Source: Octopus sinensis (taxonomy: Eukaryota). From it: a DNA stretch of 64,000 bases. Both the position numbers and the translations under genes were made by a program. This document shows positions 61,001-64,000 of this stretch, piece by piece; position 1 is the first letter of the stretch; every line of letters begins with the position of its first letter. Below the pieces are notes generated by a model. That model saw only the letters and a list, made by a program, of their open reading frames with translations, did not search any database and was not told where the DNA came from. Where the stretch lies: positions 7,440,001-7,504,000 of the forward strand of contig NC_043023.1 of NCBI RefSeq assembly GCF_006345805.1. Direction: 5' to 3'.

Positions 61001-62551
61001 GCTTATATGTGCAGGAGTGGCTTATAGGCGCAGGAGTGGCTTATAGGCACAGGAGTGGCTTACAGGTGCAGGAGTGGCTTATAGGCACAGGAGTGGCTTA
61101 TAGGTGCAGGAGTGGCTTTATAGGTGCAGGAGTGGCTTATAGGCGCAAGAGTGGCTTATAGGCGCAGGAGTGGCTTATAGGCACAGGAGTAGCTTTTAGG
61201 CACAGGAGTGGCTTATAGGTGCAGGAGTGGCTGTATGGTAAGAAGCTTGCTTCCCAACCACATGGTTCCAGGTTCAGTCTCACAGCGTGGTACCTTGGGC
61301 GAGTGTCTTCTACTATAGTCTCGTGCTAATCAAAGCCTTGTGAGTAGATTTGGTACACGGAAATTGAAAGAAGCCTGTCATATATATGTATATATATGTA
61401 TGTGTGTGTATCTATCTATATATATATGTGTGTGCGTGTAATGTCTAACTGATTGTAGACATTGCCAGTCTCCTCTGGCCCCTGTGCCGGTGGCACGTAA
61501 AAAGCACCCACTACACTCACGAGGTGGTTGGCGTTAGGAAGGGCATCCAGCCGTAGAAACACTGCCAGATCAGACTGGAGCCTGGTGCAGCCTTCTGGCT
61601 TCCCAGACACCAGTCGAACTCTGGTACAGTAAAATCGACTGATAAAATAAGTAGCAGGCTTTAAAAATACATACTGGGGTCCAGTCATTGAACTAAAAAT
61701 TCCTCCTCCTCCACATCATCATGATTGTCGTCGTCATCATCATCATCATTATCATCGTCATCATCATTATCATTGTCATCATCGTTGTCATCATCATCAT
61801 CATTGTCATCATCATCTTCGTCATCATCATCATCATTATCATTGTCATCATCGTTGACATCATCATCATCATTGTCATCATCATCATTATGATTGTCATC
61901 ATCGTTATCATCATCACCATCATCATCATCGCCATCATCATCATCGTCGTCATTATCATCATCGACATCGTCATCATTATTGTCATCATCATCATCATAA
62001 TCATCGGCATCATTATCATCATCATTGTCATTATCATCATCATCATCATTATCATCATCATCCTCGTCATCATCATCATTGTCATCATTTAACATCCACT
62101 TTCCATGCTGGCATGGGTTGGACAGTTTGACTGGAGCTGTGAAGGCCAGGTGCTGGCTGCACCAGGCTCCATTATCTGTTTTGGCACAGTCTCTACAGCT
62201 GGATGCCCTTCCTAATACCGACCACCCCCACAGAGTGTACTGGATGCTAAACTACTATATCATCAACCGTATTTCTGTGAGGAGAATAAATGAGAGAAAA
62301 GAGGGAGAAGGTGCAGTGGGATGATGGGGGGGCGGGGTCCACGAGGTTGCTATGGTTACTTACTGGTTATTGCTGCCATCTGGTGTCACATCGCCTGCAC
62401 CATGTGACTTACTGTCGTCCTTCTTCGCAACACCAATGTGGTCACCGCTGCCATCATTGCTCATCTCGGACGAGGAGTCAAAGCTGAAGGTCAACACTTC
62501 ATCCAGCTCCACGTCCCAAACGTACAGGTTGGTGTCAGGTCGCTCGTTAGT
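36244..62551 (-). CDS. IFT140: Intraflagellar transport protein 140 (IFT-A complex), 3' 17 coding exons; gene continues past the right edge
   Basis: The spliced product contains IFT140 hallmark segments [69 protein letters not shown] and EIDEYQNY. All 16 introns are GT-AG with matching phases; exon sum 2850 nt. Confidence 0.97.
36480..37070. repeat. (GATA/GACA)n tract directly upstream of the last IFT140 exon
   Basis: Direct reading. Confidence 0.9.
37088..37500 (+). mobile_element. SINE family A
   Basis: Full-length copy. Confidence 0.9.
38400..40058 (+). mobile_element. Head-to-tail array of HINE/DINE-1-like units
   Basis: Repeated 3' end acagacagaa(c/t)ggattttatataataga(t/c) at 39152 and 39703, with a variant at 38782 and a truncated end near 40058. 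Confidence 0.6.
40203..40344 (-). CDS. IFT140: IFT140 exon ([20 protein letters not shown]...[19 protein letters not shown])
   Basis: ttgcag| acceptor; ATG|GTATGT donor; 142 nt. Confidence 0.96.
40680..41180. repeat. (GTA/GCA)n array
   Basis: Direct reading; source of the poly-L ORF. Confidence 0.95.
41243..41451 (-). CDS. IFT140: IFT140 exon ([16 protein letters not shown]...LIKKFVNAR)
   Basis: ttccag| acceptor; AA|GTAAGT donor; 209 nt. Confidence 0.96.
41700..42120 (-). mobile_element. RTE-type 3' tail element; similar copies at ~42660-42960, 44110-44380, 45800-46220, 55410-55620, 61445-61620, 62085-62250
   Basis: catcatcgtttaacgtc...cagctggatgcccttcctaacgccaacc. Confidence 0.85.
42332..42544 (-). 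CDS. IFT140: IFT140 exon ([17 protein letters not shown]...AAFYDVCAQ)
   Basis: tttcag| acceptor; CAG|GTAAGA donor; 213 nt; most conserved IFT140 segment. Confidence 0.97.
43845..43928 (-). ncRNA. Candidate intronic pri-miRNA-like hairpin
   Basis: ~37-bp stem with a 7-nt loop on the IFT140 sense strand; 5 G.U pairs specific to that strand; no match to a miRNA family I recognise. Confidence 0.4.
44422..44466 (+). ncRNA. Minimal type I hammerhead motif, weak stem III
   Basis: UCUGUG/CACAGA stem I; CUGAUGA 44428-44434; GGG/CCC stem II; GAAA 44449-44452; AUA site 44458-44460. Confidence 0.55.
45138..45347 (-). CDS. IFT140: IFT140 exon ([11 protein letters not shown]...[19 protein letters not shown])
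   Basis: taccag| acceptor; AAG|GTAAGT donor; 210 nt. Confidence 0.96.
46942..47124 (-). CDS. IFT140: IFT140 exon ([12 protein letters not shown]...[24 protein letters not shown])
   Basis: ctgcag| acceptor; AAG|GTAAGA donor; 183 nt. Confidence 0.96.
47417..47490 (+). ncRNA. Type I hammerhead ribozyme motif, intact core
   Basis: CUGACGA 47423-47429; stem II GUCU/AGAC; GAAA 47475-47478; palindromic ACCGGU; GUA site 47482-47484; stem I 5 of 6 pairs. Confidence 0.75.
47802..47836 (-). ncRNA. Decayed minimal hammerhead motif in a Penelope-like terminus
   Basis: AUUU CUGACGA A GAGC UCU GCUC GAAAC AUG AAAU; the cleavage triplet is AUG (non-cleavable). Confidence 0.5.
48208..48336 (-). CDS. IFT140: IFT140 exon ([20 protein letters not shown]...AVMLYHK)
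   Basis: ttacag| acceptor; AAG|GTGAGT donor; 129 nt. Confidence 0.96.
48410..49080. repeat. (GAA/GGA)n purine-rich tract
   Basis: Direct reading. Confidence 0.9.
49129..49272 (-). CDS. IFT140: IFT140 exon ([22 protein letters not shown]...NAIRLCK)
   Basis: ttgtag| acceptor; AAG|GTCAGT donor; 144 nt. Confidence 0.96.
49510..49570 (+). ncRNA. Type I hammerhead ribozyme motif
   Basis: Stem I AAUAA/UUAUU; CUGAAGA 49515-49521; stem II GAUG/CAUC; GAAA 49553-49556; stem III ACUC/GAGU; GUC site 49563-49565. Confidence 0.65.
49790..50195 (+). mobile_element. RTE LINE RT fragment with Cys-rich insert
   Basis: [35 protein letters not shown]...WPCSICRK...[12 protein letters not shown]. Confidence 0.85.
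50302..50434 (-). CDS. IFT140: IFT140 exon ([15 protein letters not shown]...[17 protein letters not shown])
   Basis: ttgcag| acceptor; AAG|GTATGG donor; 133 nt. Confidence 0.95.
51125..51575. repeat. (ACC/ATC)n array
   Basis: Direct reading. Confidence 0.95.
51602..51697 (-). CDS. IFT140: IFT140 exon ([31 protein letters not shown])
   Basis: ttacag| acceptor; AA|GTAAGT donor; 96 nt. Confidence 0.93.
51991..52252. mobile_element. AT-rich foldback element (~120-bp imperfect arms)
   Basis: Arms tagagataaaaccacta...gtataaaaatgaat and its reverse complement. Confidence 0.75.
52500..53240. repeat. Diverged ~140-bp tandem repeat, about 5 units
   Basis: Recurring gaagagcataggctcaaaacatt...ttccaattttcct. 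Confidence 0.75.
53388..53494 (-). CDS. IFT140: IFT140 exon ([35 protein letters not shown])
   Basis: atgcag| acceptor; AA|GTAAGG donor; 107 nt. Confidence 0.95.
53580..54150. repeat. ~150-bp tandem repeat, about 4 units (same family at ~27280-27630 and 63300-64000)
   Basis: Recurring gatcaaa.atgttccagctgtgaccatcc...actacattatctaatgtac. Confidence 0.8.
54325..54408 (-). CDS. IFT140: IFT140 exon ([28 protein letters not shown])
   Basis: tgacag| acceptor; AAG|GTGAGT donor; 84 nt. Confidence 0.95.
54470..54585. repeat. 27-bp tandem repeat x4
   Basis: catcagtcatatatcagcatcaatcat. Confidence 0.9.
56050..56227 (-). CDS. IFT140: IFT140 exon ([25 protein letters not shown]...AMHLNMV)
   Basis: ttgcag| acceptor; GTG|GTAAGT donor; 178 nt. 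Confidence 0.97.
57091..57870. repeat. 106-bp minisatellite, about 7 copies
   Basis: atggctacctcacattatacaagggtgggtggc... recurs every 106 nt. Confidence 0.95.
57991..58271 (-). CDS. IFT140: IFT140 exon ([10 protein letters not shown]...[12 protein letters not shown]...AFKAIKLIK)
   Basis: tttcag| acceptor; AA|GTAAGT donor; 281 nt; preceded by a 109-nt intron. Confidence 0.96.
58381..58503 (-). CDS. IFT140: IFT140 exon ([17 protein letters not shown]...[13 protein letters not shown])
   Basis: atacag| acceptor; GAC|GTGAGT donor; 123 nt; not in the ORF track; matches the human VLILSFF...GMEVPYYYF segment. Confidence 0.92.
58520..59350. repeat. (GA/GT)n tract
   Basis: Direct reading. Confidence 0.9.
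59385..59780 (-). mobile_element. SINE family B dimer
   Basis: Two bodies joined at gaaataggtatttc (~59571). Confidence 0.85.
59910..60315 (-). mobile_element. SINE family A
   Basis: Full-length reverse copy. Confidence 0.9.
60712..60907 (-). CDS. IFT140: IFT140 exon ([32 protein letters not shown]...NNEM)
   Basis: aatcag| acceptor; ATG|GTAAGT donor; 196 nt; HFWD..P.L..CEA motif. Confidence 0.92.
60961..61227 (+). repeat. 19-bp tandem repeat x14 derived from the SINE A 5' end
   Basis: tggcttataggc(a/g)caggag units run directly into a SINE A head. Confidence 0.9.
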
Positions 62552-63270
62552 CTGTAACGAGAGAGGAGGAGGAATTAATCAAGAATTCAGGAGTAGTGCG
62601 GAGAGGTATAGAATGATGGAAGCAGGGGTGCTTTTGCTATGAATGATGGTGGTGGCAGTGGCGGTAGTTGTGGTGGTGATGGTGGTAGTAGTGGTGGTAG
62701 TGGTGGTGGTAGTGATGGATTTGTGGTGGTGATGATGGTGGTGGCTATGGTGGTAGTGGTTGTGGTGGGTGTTGTGGTGGTGATAGTAGTGGGGGTTGTG
62801 ATGGAGGTGGTGATGGTGGTGGTAGTAGTAGTGGTGATAATAGTGGTGGTGTTGGTGTTGGCAGTAGTTTTGGTGGTGGTGGTGATGGTAGTAATGGTGG
62901 CGGTGGTGGTGGTGGTGGTGATGGTAGTAATGGTGGTTGTAGTGGTGGTGGTGGTGGTGGTGGTGATGGTGATGATAGTGGTAGTATTGGTGGTGGTGAT
63001 GGTTGTGATGGTGTTTGTGGGGTGTTGTGATGAATTTGTGGTGGTGGTGATGGTGGTAGTAGTTGTGGTGGTTGTTATGGCTGTCGTGGTGGTAGTGGGG
63101 GGTTGTGATGGAGGTGGTGATGGTGGAAGTGGTAGTAGTAGTAGTAGTGGTGGTAATGGTGCTGGTGGTGGTAGTGATGATGATGATGATGATGATGGTG
63201 GTGGAGATGGTGGTGGTAGTGAAAGTTGTGGTGATGGTGGTAGTGGCGGTAGTGGTGGTGGTGGTGGCCA
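61700..63270. repeat. (CAT)n array 61700-62088 and (GGT)n array 62640-63270 flanking an IFT140 exon
   Basis: Direct reading. Confidence 0.9.
62364..62551 (-). CDS. IFT140: IFT140 exon ([24 protein letters not shown]...DGSNNQ)
   Basis: ttacag| acceptor; CA|GTAAGT donor (phase 2) matches the next exon; 188 nt; resembles the human PDSKICFYDVEMDTV segment. Confidence 0.88.
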
Positions 63271-64000
63271 TGTTTAACCTGAGGCCAGTCATGTTGGAGT
63301 AAACATATAATCAAAGATGTTCCAGCTGCGACCATCCCATCTTTTATCCAGACATTGTGTATCTAGGACTACATTATCTAATGTGCAATAAATATTCATG
63401 GCTACAGGTGTTAATTAGCCCCAGGTCAGTCCTAAAACAGGTAACCCTAACCTTAACCCTATGACCAAAAATGCTGCAACTATCAGTGTTCCATTATTTA
63501 TTTGATGCATAGTGTATCTTGGACTACATTATCTAATGTACAGTATAGCAATTAGTATTAGTGGCTGTTATTGTTGTTCTTTAGCCCCAGGTCAGTCCTG
63601 ATCCAGCAGACTTATGATTAAAGATGCTCCAGCTGTGAGTATCCCATTCTTTACTCACAGAGAGGTGAGTGTTTGGTTAGATCATGTACTCCGAGATACA
63701 CCATGCCTGAATAAAGGATGGACTGATTACAGCTGGAACATCTTTGATCATAGGCCTGTCTGGATCAGGACTAACCTAGGGCTATACAACAACAACAACA
63801 ACGACAACTACAGCCACTAATACTAACTACTATACTGTACTTTATATGATGTACTCCAAGATACACTATGCCTGAATAAAAGATGGACTGATTAAAACCA
63901 GGAACATCTTTGATGATAGGCCTGTCTGAACCAGGACTGACCTAGGGCTAAATAACAGCTATAGCCACTAATACTAATTACTATACTGTACATTGGATAA

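Noticed and set aside
57091-61227. CRISPR-like look of the 106-bp and 19-bp arrays
   Set aside because: Contiguous tandem units with no unique spacers, no cas genes, and a eukaryotic intron context.
63440-63465. taaccctaaccttaaccct telomere-like run
   Set aside because: Only about 3 imperfect units; not a telomeric array.

Overview
AT-rich, microsatellite-saturated eukaryotic DNA. The SINE and simple-repeat content looks like an octopus (coleoid cephalopod); this is inferred from recalled repeat types, not from a search. Three protein-coding loci are supported. (1) The 3' 17 coding exons of IFT140 lie on the minus strand (62551 to 36244). All 16 introns are GT-AG and phase-consistent, giving 2850 nt = 949 aa + stop; the 5' part of the gene lies beyond the window. 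(2) A STEAP2/3/4-type metalloreductase on the minus strand (18899 to 17203) has an intronless CDS. It is split by a single missing base in an (AGC)n tract and carries a ~95-aa Ser/Asn-rich loop insertion. (3) The terminal coding exon of an LHFPL-family tetraspan gene lies on the plus strand (5191-5429). The rest is tRNA-derived SINEs, RTE and RLE-type LINE fragments, Tc1/mariner, hAT and piggyBac-like MITEs, Helentron-like elements and simple repeats. The most notable non-coding signals are at least six hammerhead-ribozyme motifs of Penelope/retrozyme type (including a back-to-back pair and two with an embedded 5' splice site), a pri-miRNA-like hairpin in an IFT140 intron, and a strand-polarised cluster of 11 AGGTCA nuclear-receptor half-sites. 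No CRISPR array, rRNA or true tRNA gene was found. All protein identifications are from remembered family motifs, and no database search or folding program was run. Repeat boundaries are approximate, while exon, TSD and ribozyme coordinates were counted by hand.
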